Of a stretch of DNA of 64,000 nucleotides, positions 12,960 through 26,894 are shown in pieces. A program made the translations under genes and the position numbers. The stretch's first letter is position 1; every line of letters begins with the position of its first letter. This DNA comes from Octopus vulgaris (taxonomy: Eukaryota). The DNA lies in assembly GCA_951406725.2 (NCBI GenBank), contig OX597830.1:42780001-42844000 (forward strand). Reading direction: 5' to 3'. Below the pieces are notes generated by a model. It did not search any database. It was given only the letters and a program-made list of their open reading frames with translations, and was not told the origin of the DNA.

Positions 12960-14800
12960 GAATGGGGTCATTTTCCTTAATGGCTTAGTGTCCTCTCTGG
13001 CTTCCTGTTTTCTAGAACTTCAGTCTTTGCTAAGTTAGAGCTCTTTGATTCCAGGTGCTGTTTCTGCACTTAGAACTTCTTTTTTAGATCTATATATTTA
13101 GTTATAAAAACAAGATCATCAGCATAGAAGATTTCCCATGGGCAACTAGTTTTAAATTCCTGTTATGGCCTGGAGGACTATGATAAACAGGACGGGACAG
13201 AGAACCAAGCCCTGCTGAACTCCCACACTAAATTTATTGTACTCATGACTGTCACCTTACTGACAGTGCTCTTGTGCATGGCTTGTATGGCTTTCACAGG
13301 CCATTTATCTCTTCCTAGCTTTCACAGGGAACACCATATCAGGGAGAAACTTTCTCCAAGTCAACAAATGCAAGTACACTTTTTACTTTTGGTTAAATAA
13401 TTTACATTTAGCAACTTTACAAGAAAGAGAGCATCAGTGATAGCACTCTTTGGCACAATAACAAACTCCATTCCATCTAGTCTAATTCTGTCCCTAATTA
13501 ATTGAGCTGTAACTTTCTCCATGACATTTTTGTTCTGGATTTATTTTTTTCTAACGGCATCTCCCTTCTAACAACCGAATATAATACTGCTGCACCAGTC
13601 ATTGAGTATAATGCTTTCCAATACAATCTGATTACCTTATATGAGTGACTAGGATACATCTCATGTCACCAGCTATTTTAAGCACCTCAGCAGTAATTCC
13701 TGATGGGCCAAAGGGCTTTCCTTATCTTCATATCCTAAATTACTTCATCTTTAAATTACTGTCAACTAGAATGACTGGTCTCTCTATCAGATTCACATTG
13801 GGAAGACTCTCTCCCATGCATTTTTCATATTTAATAGTCCTTCACAGTTGTACTTCTATGCTTCTTTTTTTTCCCCTTTTTCAGAAAACCTAAGTGCAAG
13901 TGTTCCATTATCCATACATACTTTTCTCCTATAGCATCTATTTTTTCTCGTTCACTATCTTGGAATCTTGAACATCTAATGCCTGTTGTTCTCATACTGC
14001 AGATCATAGGCATCTGCTTCCCTTCCACCTAGCTTCTCTTCTGGTATAATTCTCTGCTACTCCCATTTCTCTAATATTTCCAAGCTAAGATTGTGTCTAC
14101 TTCTGTTTCACCACCACATCACCCTTGATCTAGCTGGAACTTTGCACCAACCTCAGAATTGGTCGGTCACCTTCATTAGGTTGGCTTATAAGAACTTCCA
14201 GTTGTCCTTTGTTTTATGTTTCTGTCGCTTCCTCCTTGTTGAATGTTCAGTTATGATATCTCTAAATCTCTGAGTGTTCAATAGACCTTTTTAAACTTTC
14301 ACAATTTGCATCTTGAGTTCTTCTAGCTCCAAGTCTGAAGATACTAACAACTAATCTATGTTGGATTGTACATTCCTTACCCAAGGAGGACATCTCATTT
14401 TCTGATGCAAATGTAGTGAATCTGGCTTCTGTTTGCATCAGATTTTTCATCTGCCAAACCTGCATGTGGAGTATATGATAAGATAAATCTACTGCTGTAT
14501 TACCTAATATTAGACTTAGTTTAACAATCCTATCACAAAGCCTGACTAGCTTCCTCACTTTATTTTCCATTTTTCTGCCAAAAGTATACCTACACAACTT
14601 GAAGACTCACTGGTACCTATGCAAAAGAATTTGTATCTTTGCTGTGAGGAATCTAGCTGAATCTCCTCTCCATCATGCAAACAGCACACATCTACATGCT
14701 TCTGCTCTCGCATTTCAACAATCTCATCAAACTTACTGTTTATTCTGCTGACATTGGTCATGATGACTCTAAGGAAGTGGATTTTGGAAGAGTGGGGCAG
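12960..14800 (-). mobile_element. Highly degenerate LINE (APE plus RT), probably RTE-type
   Basis: Minus-strand FYADDLV at about 13110-13130. APE N-terminus NVSRINSKFDEIVEMREQKHVDVCCL at about 14680-14760. Many stops and indels. Confidence 0.75.
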
Positions 14801-15612
14801 TAATTGGGGATTGTTTTTGGCATCTGGAAAAAATCTTAAGAATGTCAACACGCAAAGCATATTTGCACATGTCCAGTGAAACAAGTATTTGTTATTCAAC
14901 AAATTACACTTTCCTCATCCCTATAAAATCTTCAGGTACAAGGAACTGCATGCAGAGGTGAGGGGATCAATAAGGGTTGAGGAAGAAGTGGGAATATTTT
15001 AATTAGGCACTTAGTGGCCTTAAGCAATGGTGAATCTAAATGTGCACGTACACAACCCACCAATGCTTCATGAATATACGTACGTATATATATATATGCA
15101 CTCTCACATATACACATACCAAACATATAGATTACACATGTATACCCATATAGCCACCTACATATGTATATGTGTGTATACATACATACATATATATATG
15201 CACACACTCATGCACAGACATACAAACACATGTACACATATACATGGGAGGAAGGGGTGGTTTTGAATTGCCAGGGGGAGAAAAACATGTACATCCTCCA
15301 TAGAGGTGGCAGTGGTGGTGGATGATCAGAAGGGGATAAAATAGTAGACATATTTATTGCTGTGTTCTTTAATGCTGTTAAAAAAGCTTGATGAAAACTA
15401 CTGTAAAATTAACAACGAAAATACATTTACTACTAATACTAATAATAATAATAGTAACAAGTATGATAGTTATTGTTGAGCTGAGAGGAAACAGGGCAAT
15501 GTAAGATGACTGAGTTGTGAGATTACACATTAATAAGAAAACAGATTCAGAACTAAGCTGAAATTGATGTCCCTTGCAAAGGAACAAAATAAAATGAAAT
15601 AATACATATATA

Positions 15613-15790
15613 GTCGAGTGGTGGTCTGCCCTTGGGCAGGTCCTGTGCATGCGAACCTTCTCCCATACTCTCTGACTAGGGAGGGCCCATGCCTTCTCCT
15701 GCCACCATTAAGTAAATGACTGGAATTTCAGCTTCCATGACTAGATTTGGGATGAACACTGGAGTGGTTTCCTGTTGCCTTCTCCAGGCA
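15613..15790 (-). mobile_element. Short bipartite RTE-derived non-autonomous element
   Basis: Minus strand begins GGAGAAGGCAACAGGAAACCACTCCAGTG (Bov-A/RTE 5'UTR-like motif) and ends CACTCGACT, like RTE 3' termini. Confidence 0.45.
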
Positions 15791-18700
15791 GCTGAGATTT
15801 GAATTCAGAATGTAGAGAACCAGAAGATATATCATAAGGCATCTCTGCAGATGGGCCAACAATTCTGTTACTCTCCCACCTGAGGAGCAATGTAAAATGA
15901 AATATTTTGTTCAAAAACACAACACACTGCACAGTCCAGGAATTGAATCCATGATCTGTCGATCATGTATGTAATATCTTCACTAACTATCATCATTGTC
16001 TAACGTCCGCTTTCCATGCTAGCATGAGTTGGATGATTTGACTGAGGACTGGCGAACCAGATTTCAATCTGACCTGGCAGACTTTCTACTGCTTCATGTC
16101 CTTCCTAGTGCCAACCACTCCAAGAGTGTAGTGGGTGCTTTTATGTGCCAGTGAGGTGGTACTGGCAGCAGCCACACTCAAACTATCTGTCAAACCGTCC
16201 AGCCTATGCCAGCATGGAAGGAAGACATTAAATGATTGTGTATATTTATATACACACACATACACATGCATGTGTGAGTTTATATATATCCTTTTCTTGA
16301 TATAGCTTGACAGCTGTAAATAAGTATCACTGTTATACAAGCAGTATCATTCATTTCCAATATTCTGCAAAAACATTTCTGCTTATCGAGAAATATCACC
16401 TTCTTTGGAAACAAGGGTTGGCAACAGGAAGTTCATCTAGCTGCAGAAAATCTGCCTCAATAAACTCCATCTGACCCAGGTAAACATGGAAAGGTGCATG
16501 CTAAGATGACAATGATGATGATGATGATAAGGATATATATGTAACACACACATATACAGAAAAGTTTGTATGTTATGGGGAAAAAAGCAATCTGACATTT
16601 GATACTTGACTTCGGCTTTTCTCTCCTTCTCTCTCAAATGGTCAGTCCAAAAATGTCAGATTCCTCTCTTCGTTTCCCAACTCATGAATTACAATGTATA
16701 TCTTTTGCTGACACTGGCTACCCCAGTTCCTTGGATTCTGTTTATATATTACATTTTTGTATAGACATATCTTTACATGTGTCTAGACACATACATACAT
16801 CATCATCACATTAGCTCTATTTTTCAATGCTGACACAGGTGGAATTGGACATTACTCCTCATGGTCTGCACCATATTATACATAAAGCAAAGAGAAAAAT
16901 CAACTGATTTCATTTTTATGTCTGTTGTATGGAGTGGCCAAAGTACATTCTGTAACACTTCTGGCATTAGAAAGGTTGTCTCATGTGAGAGGACTAAAAG
17001 ACCCCTCTATCAGTTTTATTTGGGGTTTCTGCTCGCTGCAGTTCTTCATCTCATTACCTATTACAGTTCTTTGGCTTGCAAGGTTTTAGCTGAGAAGCTA
17101 TTTATCCTAAAGAAATCATCTGTGACATGTTACACTGTAATGATGACACCTGTTAACGTATACTTTTATCAAACATACATTCCCTTAACACACAGAGGTT
17201 TATGTTTATAAACAAAAACAAAAGTGCACTCAATATTTGTTGATTTTATGTTTATTGGGCATCTGTTGCTAATTCTCTGTTGTTACACACATGGTATATA
17301 TGTGCTGTCAATCACACTACGTACATACATATATATATACACACATACAACTTACTTAAATATATACATGCATACACACAAAACGTGTACCAATATACAT
17401 GTACACATACTATATGTAATGCTTGTGCATGTGCACACACATGCAGACATGTATGTGTGTGGGGTGGTGGTGCATGTCTGTGTTTGATTAGTGTTTCCTT
17501 ATATTCTCACTTCCTCTTTCAATGTTTGTCAAATCAACTGACATTCTTTTTTTGCCTTCACTTTCATTTATCTTTATCCACTCGACGAACACATGCTTCT
17601 CCTTATTTCTCTCTCTTTCCTTCTTTACCTCCAACTCTATTCTTCGCTGTTATACTATTGTTCTTTTAACCTTTCTACTTCCAATCTATTTATCCCACAA
17701 TACTAGCAAATACTTCATCTCTCTCTCTCTCCAATGAAGAGTTCTATTGAAGGAGTAGATATTCCTTCCTCACAGCATACAACTTTTATCTACAGTTTCA
17801 AAACATTAGTCTCAAGTATCATCTCTCTCTCTCTCTCTTTCTGAGTTCAAACCTCATAAGACTCCTTGCTAATTTCCATTGTGCCATGTCAGCAATAGAC
17901 ATAGACTGAAATAACTCAAGTGACCATAGCACCTCTCTTATAAGCATTTCCATTTTGCCAAGTCAAAAAGGGATTTCTATATACTTTACCGTATCACTTT
18001 CATGATCATGAAGTACCATATCTGGGTGTTTTACAATTTCTACCAGAATATCCCCATCCCCACCACCAATCAGTAATCCTTATATATATCACATATATAT
18101 ATATATAAATAAGGCATCAGCCTCTGGAGCTGAGGATTACATGTTCATGTCTCATCAGGATCAACATTCAAAAGTGTGTGTACATGTATGTGTGTAATGC
18201 TTGAGAATGCATGGCCTAGTGGTTAGGGTGTTGCACTCCTGATTGCAAGATCGTGGTTTCAATCCCTAGACCGGGTGGTGTGTTGTGTCCTTTATCAAAA
18301 CAATTCGTCTCATGTCGCTCCATGATCACTTCAACATCTGACATGTGGTACACAGTGCACCTGTTCATGCAATGTCGATTTGATGGAGACAGAGCAAGGA
18401 GCTAATGTACAGTACATACATTTGGTCACTATAAACAAATCATTTGAGCAGATCGTTTGGCAAAAGCTGAATGCTCAGATATCATCTTTTACAGGAGAGT
18501 CCATCATATATAATGCAGACTTGGCTGTGTGGTTAAAAAGTTTGTTCCCAACTATAATATATTGGGTTCAATCCTACTGCATGACAACTTGGGCAAGTGT
18601 CTTCTACTATAACTCTAGGTGAACCAAAGCCTTGTGACTAGATTTGGTTGATGGAAACTGAAAACACCCAGTTTTATATGTGTGTGTGTATGTGTGTATA

Positions 18701-19124
18701 TGTCTGTGTCGTTATCTTGACATCATGTGATGGCTGCAAATGAGAATCACTATCTCATAAAGCAGTGTTGCTTGTTTCCAGTCTTCCATGGTGAAATATT
18801 GGTTTCGAATTTTGACACAAGGCCAGCAATTTTAGGGGAGGGGTAAGTGGATTATATTGACCTCAGTGCTCAACTGGCACTTGTTTTATCAATCCCAAAG
18901 GGATGAAAGACAAGGTTGACCATGGCAGAATTTGAACTCAGAATGTACACAGATGAAATGGCACTAAGCATTTTGCATGGTGGACTAAGGATTCTGCCAG
19001 TTTGTTACCATTGGAAATAAGCGAGGCTTGGCAACAAAAGGGACATCCTGATATAGAAAATCTACTTTGACAAATTCCATCTGACTCATGCAAGCATGGA
19101 AAAGTGGATGTTAAATGATGATAA

Positions 19125-19168
<44 letters not shown>

Positions 19169-19169
19169 C

Positions 19170-20552
19170 AAAATTTTATTGTCAAACCTTTATTTGTAGT
19201 TCAAAAGTTCCAAAACACCTATATGAGACTGTCATGTCAGACAAGACCACTGATATCTTGTGTTAACAATACAAGTTCTAGCATACAGTCTTATTCCTCT
19301 GTTTGTCTGTTTGTCAGAGAGTTATTGTGTCTGTATATGTAAATGCATCTCTGTATGTTCCAAAAAGTGCTTGTAGAAAATGTGGCATGTGAAGATGACT
19401 AATGAGCAGATAAATCGAAACTGAAGTGAAGATGAATGGTAAAAAGATTAATCAAATAAAAAATAAAATGCATATATATATATATATATTGGCCTGCTCG
19501 CTTAGCCAGCGGGGTGGCGTCATTCAAAGGCTAAAACAATGCGAACGCATTGTGACCAGCGATGTGTAACAACGTCTGATGGTCTGGTGATATATATATA
19601 TATATAAACAAGTGAGTAGTTTAGACAACTCTAGCAGGAGGTTTGTTTTTTGTTATTTAGCATGAGGAAGGAGTAAAAACACAATACCATTCATTATAAA
19701 CTTTTCTAGACTAGTAAGGCTGATGCACACGATATTCTGTTCGAAATTGAGCAACCAAATATATTTGAGGGAAAAATAGACAGCGAGGTTGGCCTAGGAA
19801 GTCTGATCTTCTTCAAAGTTCCATGAATTAGCAAAGAACAATAAGGGTTTTCAATGGAATCTATAAGTGCCACCATCGGTTTCTTTTGTAAATAATAAAA
19901 GCAAGTACAATCACATACACACACTAGATGAGCAATTAGTATTTAAAGTTTAAGAACTAAAAAAGACAATATATTTTGCATAAATAACATGAATATACTG
20001 CAGGAGGTTTTTGTATTCTTAAAATGCAGGAAGCCATAACAATCACAAATTGCTTAAAGAAAATGGGAAAATCTGTAAATCTGTAGAAGTGAGGTTTCGG
20101 AAAGATATGATTAACCAAAGTGAAATAATTTACTAGGACACATAGATGATAATTTAAAATTTACAAACAATATAACACTGAAATGTTCTGGAATGTTTCA
20201 GTTTCTTAATCCATTCATATAAAGGAATTATTCTTTGATCACTGGGAGTTGTTGTTTTACAACATACACGCACACATGCATGTATACATACACAATCACA
20301 TAAATGTGTCCACACACACACACACACACACACACTACTATTATTTAGTAGACTCATGACTTTCACAGTGTTCATAGCAAATGACTCTTAGAATCAGCTG
20401 CTGTTTATGTTGATCATATTCCTGTTCTGACACCTGCGAGATCATCAAGTAGCATTTTCTTTTATGGTAAAACGAATGTCAAAAACATTTTCTTTGTTTC
20501 TTTTGTTTAAGATTGTTTCAGAAGATATTCTTTGAGATCACAAGATGCACAT
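19170..20552 (-). other. Probable non-coding terminal (3'UTR) exon of the TMPPE-like gene
   Basis: Donor CAG|GTAATT lies 25 nt after the stop (intron starts 23982). A strong acceptor tattttattttcag at 20554-20553 is followed by mostly unique AU-rich sequence, with AATAAA candidates on the minus strand near 19176-19194. The 3' end is a guess. Confidence 0.5.
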
Positions 20553-21119
20553 CTGAAAATAAAATATTGAATCTATTTTAGAAAATGGTTGGTTGAAATG
20601 GTTTAGACTTCTTACAGGCACTGATGTATAAATGTTGAAGAGAAATTGGAAGGAGATTTATAATGAGTATAGTTTGAAGTAAAGTAGACAGTAAATGCAG
20701 TGGTTTTGCTAGAAAGAGTGCTAAGAAGTGCTATCTTAGTAGATAAGTGGAGTGTAGGGGTGTTCTTCAAAAGTTAATAGAGACTCTCTTGCCATAGTCT
20801 CATGCAATTCTGTACATAAGAGATCTTGCAAGGTGAGGGATGTCTTTTATCTTTTTTCTTACCTTTTACTTGGACTGTGGCCATGCTGTAGAATCACCTT
20901 GAAGGGTTTAGTTGAACAAATTGACTCCAGAATATTTTTTCTTTCAAGCCTAGTACTTATTCTATCGGTTTCTTTTGCCAAATAATTATGAGGTAATTAT
21001 GGGGACATAAACAAACCAACACTGGTCGTAAAGTGGTGCTGGGGGACACAAACAAATACACTTACTTATGTGTGTGTCTGACCCATGCCAATATGGAAAA
21101 CAAATGTAAAACCGTGATG

Positions 21120-21990
21120 ACTCATCATCATCATTTAACATCCGTTGCCCATGCTGGCATGGGTTGGACAGTTTGACTAGGGCTGGTATGCTGAGGGGCT
21201 GCGCCAGACTCTAGTCTGATTTGGCATGGTTTCTATGGTTGGGTGACCTTCCTAACGCCAACCACTCTGAGAGTGTAATGAGTGCTTTTACGTGCCGCTG
21301 GCATGGTTATCAGTTTGCATGCCACCAATATTTGCCACAAATATGATTCCACTTGGTTCGATAGGTGAGGCCCAGAGTACAGAAGGTGCTTTTTACATGC
21401 AACACATCGCCAGAGATCTTGGTCACTAGTCATTGCTTCTATGAGGGCCAACATTTGAAGATCATGCTTAACCACCTTGTCCCATGTCTTCTAGGATTTC
21501 CCTCTTCCATAGCTTCCTTCCACTGATAGAGATTGGCACTTCTTCACACAACTGTCCACATACACATCACATGACCAGTTGTCTCTTCTGCACCAGATGC
21601 TGCACCACCATTCGTCTCTCTTGTGCACCACATCTAATTCGTCTTATGCCCAACTTTTCTCTCAAGACGCTTATACTCTGTCATACATGCACACTGAAAT
21701 TATACTTCGAGTGAAGCATACTGGCTTCATTTCTTTTAAGCCTATGCATGTCCTCAGCAGTCACAGCCCATGTTTCATTGCCATGTAACATGACTGTTCA
21801 GAGAGAGGTATAATCTGCCTTTCACTCTGAAGGAGAGGCCCTTTGTTACCAACAGAGGTACGGGTTCTCTGAACTTTGCCCAACCTATTATTATTCTAGC
21901 AGATATGCTCTCAGAGCATCCACCCCTGCTACTGACTTGGTCACCTCGGTAACTGAAGCTATCAACGACTTTTAGTTTTTCCTTGCTGGC
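21120..21990 (-). mobile_element. 5'-truncated RTE-type LINE 3' end with (GAT)n tail
   Basis: YLGD...GWAKFRE...RRMVVQ...WDKVVKHDL remnants followed by the common 3'UTR and TCA repeats on the + strand. Confidence 0.75.
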
Positions 21991-22756
21991 ATTTGATGGA
22001 GCCTATCTTGTGATGGGCTTCTTACAGTTCAGTTTCTGTGCACCAAATTCACTCATAAGGCTTTAGTTGGCCTGGGACTATAGCAGAAGACACTTGCCCA
22101 ATGTACCACAGTGGGACTGAACCCAAAACCATGCAGTTGAGAAGCCAGCTTCTCACCACACAACCATATGCCTGTGCCTATACATATAGAAGAATCTTTT
22201 GCTTTTGATTGTCTTATCACATTCAATATTTGTGGTGGGAGGTTACATGCTCTAAGTTGTTGTGGGGTGCATTCTTCACTTGTTTTGCTCTGAGTGAATC
22301 ACTTAAAGATTGTAGAATGGTGGGATTTGATTGCATGAGTGATGTTAGTGGGACATTCTTAAGAGAATAGCATTCATCACCTGTATAGACAATTTGGAGG
22401 GGCAGGAGACAAAGCATAATAATTGTATAGAGTAGAGAGCTGGCAATCATCATTTCAAGTTTGCTTTCCATGCTGGCATGAGTTGGATGGTTTGATAGGA
22501 GGTGGCTGGGTAGAAGACTGCATCAAGCTTCAGCATCTGTTTTGGCATGGTTTTTACTGCTGGAGGCATTTCCTGAAACCAACCACCCAGCAGAGTGGAC
22601 TGAGGGCTTTTTATGTGGCACCAGCATAGGTGAGGTCAGTTTTCACATGCTTTTTACAGCCAGATGCCCTTCCAAATGCCAACCACTTGCAGTACCAAAA
22701 TGTTTAGGACCAGGAATTATGCAACAAGAGGATGTGAGGTGTGTTATTTCAATAAT

Positions 22757-23400
22757 CGTAAAAACTCGTGTAATTTGCACACTTTTTTCACAAAAATAAA
22801 AATAGACTTTAGTGGATGTGTAAATTATGTGAGCAGATCATTTCCAGAACTTTTTTGAAATTTTTTTTGTTGAAAAAAGATGTACAAAATGTAAACATTC
22901 AAACTGGAAGCTGACTCATTTAATATCAGAAAAGGTTTTTACGGAAAAATAACGGCTTAAATATAATGATTTATGCTGGATGGTATAATGCTTACTTTTT
23001 CTGTATAAATTTATTAAAACCATTAAATGGTAAACTACTTATTGATGTCTGATGTTCATACTGGTAATCACGGTCCAGGCCATATTTTATATTGCTTGGA
23101 GTTTCTACCTATCGCAATGGAGCACCATTGACATACATAGTGATATGGATATTCCTGACTGAAAAAAAATGTAATGATATGGATAATCTTGATTGTATGT
23201 TTTTACTTTTGTCTGTTTATTACTAGGCACAGTTTTAAGTTTGTCATACCATTTACGCCAGCTTCGAACATTGGCTACATTAATATTAAAATGCCTTCCG
23301 GCAGCTCTATTGCCATGTTCAAATGCATATTCAACATATTTGATTTCTCCTTTGCACACAATGGTACTGCTATAGAGGTCACACTTTTGAAATTCACTCA
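22757..23400 (-). mobile_element. pogo/Tigger-like DNA transposon remnant (Brinker-type N-terminal HTH)
   Basis: EIKYVEYAFEHGNRAAGRHFNINVANVRSWRK resembles the POGK/pogo BrkDBD. TIR-like CGTAAAAACTCGTGTAAT at about 22757. Confidence 0.6.
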
Positions 23401-24007
23401 CAAGACACTTGTCAAAGCAAGGCTGTTGTAGAAGGCACTTCTCAAAGCTGTAGTGTAGTAAGATTGATACTGGAATCAGGTGGCTGGAAATCAAACTCCT
23501 TAACCTCAGATTCATGCATTCTACTAGAATTCAGATATAGAGGGGACCAGCAGTGAGTTTATATTCTGGTCAGACATCATCATCTCTCTCTCTTTCTTGC
23601 AGGGCCACATCGTTAATGAACACTTATAACACAACTGAATACGAGATGGTAAAATTAACCTTATTTTACAAAGTGGATGATGATGCTAATAAATATGTAA
23701 GTGCATGTGTGTATGAGAGAGAGGGGATGGAGAGAGGGAGGGAAAGAGGGAGAAAGATAGAGAGTGAAAAAAGAGAAAGAGAGAGAAAGGGACAGAAAAA
23801 GATAAAAGACAGAAAGGGAAAGGGACACAGAGAAAGAAAAAGGAAGAGAGAAAGGAAGACAGAGCCAGAAAGAGAGAGAGAGAGAGAGAAAGAAAGCAAG
23901 GCATAGAGAATGGTATACTTTATACACCTGTCTGTGTGTGGGGAGAACGTACAGAATTAATTAGAATTCTAAGAATAATTACCTGTTGTTTTTGCTTTTG
24001 CGTTTTA

Positions 24008-24198
24008 TTATCTATTTGTCAGAAGAACTTCTGTTATTTCCATAGAACTACCAATTCTCATTGGTATACCCCAATACACTGTCCCCTCAGATACATAGAC
24101 ATAGCTGCGTCCCTGGTACTGGTATAGTCCAGCAAAGAAGGGATTTATAAGATAGGCTCCTATCATCATGGGAAACATTTGACCACCGTGTGTATGAC
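24008..24198 (-). CDS. TMPPE: TMPPE-like coding exon 5 (GHTH motif, stop codon)
   Basis: Acceptor cttaatttccag. Translates (G)[62 protein letters not shown], matching the TMPPE C-terminus as I recall it. Total CDS 1383 nt = 460 aa. Confidence 0.95.
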
Positions 24199-26894
24199 CT
24201 GGAAATTAAGAACCGAAAATTCTTGGTAAACATTATTTACAATATAAACTGGTACAATTTATCAAGGTAACACACACCTTATTGTGTCTTGGAAGGGTCA
24301 TGGTACCAATAATAACACACACTGGTTCAATATCACTTGTTAATTGTCAGTCAGTTGGTTAAATATCTAACCAACTAATTGATCGTTTGTTTAATGTTCT
24401 AGTTAACAACCGGTCGGTTGTTAGCAAAAGCCCTTTGTTTGTCACTGTTTGTGACTTCATCAATGATATGCTTCCTCTCTGATTGGAATAAGGACTCTCC
24501 CAAGACACAATGAGATTTTGTTTCGACATGAATTCACATCAAGAATCTTTACAAACCAAATACTTAAACAAAATAACACACACCATTTTAAATCAACATG
24601 TTAGTTTGTATATGGTGGTTTGATCTGCTAAAATAGCAGCCAACTCTCCTTCAAATTATTTTACATTATTAAAAAGAAGTAAAAAAAAAAAGAGAACACA
24701 TGGGAAAATATAGATCTGAATATACAAAAAAAAGAGAGGATTGTCATGGATGGAATGTTCTTGATCACAAGTCAGCTCAGTCATGGTTACCTTGGGCTAA
24801 ACCACAACTGCATATTGTTTGAATGGTATTCAGAAGATATAAAATCAGAATGAAGCACTTTAATGGCTCAAGTCATCCTCATTTAATATTTACTTTTCCA
24901 TGCTTGTATAGGTCAGATGAGATTTGTTGAGGTAGATTTTCTATGGGTGGATGCCCTCCTTTCACCAATCCTCACCTGTTTCCAAGTAAGGAGATAGTTT
25001 CTCATAGCTCGACATGTTTTTCATGGAAGACTGGAAACAAACAACCTCACTTGTATGATGGTGATGCTCATTTACAACCATCACATAATATCAAGACAAA
25101 GTCACACACACACCCAAGGTACTTTCAGTTTCCATCTACCAAATCCACAGCCAAAGGTTTGGTTGGCCCAGGCCAAGAGTAGAAGGCACTTGCCCAAGGT
25201 ACCATACAGTGGGATTGAACCAAAGACCCTATGGTCAGGAAACAAACTTCTTAACCACACAGTCAACAACACGCTAAATGTTAATAATGATGATTATGCT
25301 GATAATATATCAGTGATGGGAATTGAGACAATGGAGATGATGATTGTTCAATGTTATTACCTCTAATGTTAATCAAAGTTAATCATCACCCTAATGAGAA
25401 ATGCTAATAACAATTCTACTCAGCTCACAAAAAAATTTCTTCCTCCTCTTTTGAAATTTTCCACAACAATAATGATAATAATGATTTCAAATTTTTGCCA
25501 CAAGGGCAACTTGTGGGAGGGAATTAAGTCCATTACATCAACCCCAGTGTGTAACTGGTACTTATTTAATCGTCCCTGAAAGGATGAAAGACAAAGTCGG
25601 CCTCGGCGAAATTTGAACTTAGAACACAGCAATGGACAAAATACTGTTAAGCATTTTGCCCAGTGTGTTAACGATTCTGCCAGCTCGCTGCCTTAGCAAT
25701 AATAATAATAATAATAATAATAATAACCACCATCATCATACTTGTCATTTAACATCCATGTTCCATGCTGGCATGAGTCGGATGGTTTGACAGGATCTGA
25801 CTAACCTAAGGGCTGCAATGGTTACTATGGCAAGCTTACTCTTACTGAATGCTCTTCCTGATGCCAGTTGTTTTACAGAGTGTACTGGATGCTTTTTTTT
25901 TTTTTTCATAGCATTATCTGCCTTTCTTTTTTTATGACGTTAACATGTGAACTGGTTTTTATTTCTAACAAGCCAAATAACTGTGTAAAAAGTCTCCCTC
26001 ACAGATTTATATAATGGGTTTTCTTGCTTGAAACTGTACCCAGGCCACTTAAATGAAAACCAGTGACCCGAAATATTAATCTAATAATATTTATTATATT
26101 ACAGTTAGTTATCCTCATATCCAGTTTTAGGATAAACACACTATAATCCTGTAGTCATACGACATGATTAAAAGGGTTGGTGAAAGGAAGGGCATCTGGT
26201 CAGAAACACTGTCCAACCCATGACAGGATAGATGAGCTGATGGGATTTGTTATCAACATCATTTTCTTTAGCTTATGCATCATAATAACATTGATAAGGA
26301 CCATTGCAATAATAATAATTTCTTTGTAGTCACCAAGTCACACATTTCTAAGTGAGGGGTCAATTCTAAAAAGATAAAAGCAAAGTTAAACTTGGCAGGA
26401 TTTGAACTCAAAGTACAAGGGGACATAACTAAATACATGTATTTAGTCTCACTACAGTTTCTGCCATCCAACATCCAGATATGAAAAATGATAATCGTTT
26501 CACATTTTGGCACAAGGCCAGCAATTTGGAGGGAGAGATAAGTTGATTACATTGACCCCAATGCTTAAATGCTATTTACTTTATCAATCCCAAAAGGATG
26601 AAAGGCAAAGTCAACCTCGGCAGAATTTGAACTCAGAGCATAAAATAAATAATAATAATAATAATAGTAGAAGTAGTAGTAGTAGTAGTAGTAGTAATTA
26701 CAACAAGCGTTCCTACTTAAGGTACAAAGCCTGAAATTTTGGAAGAGGATAATCAATGCAATTAGTCTATTGAATGGATTTATTTAATTGATAATAGAAA
26801 TGGAATAAAAATCAAAAGTTAACTGTACCAGGATTTGAACACAGAACACATGATGATGTAATTAAACGCTGTAAAGCATTCAGCTTTATGTTGC

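Noticed and set aside
23553-23654. Plus-strand splice-like signals antisense to the TMPPE 3'UTR intron
   Set aside because: The implied intron is only about 50 nt, the pyrimidine tract is a (CT)n repeat, and there is no recognisable peptide.
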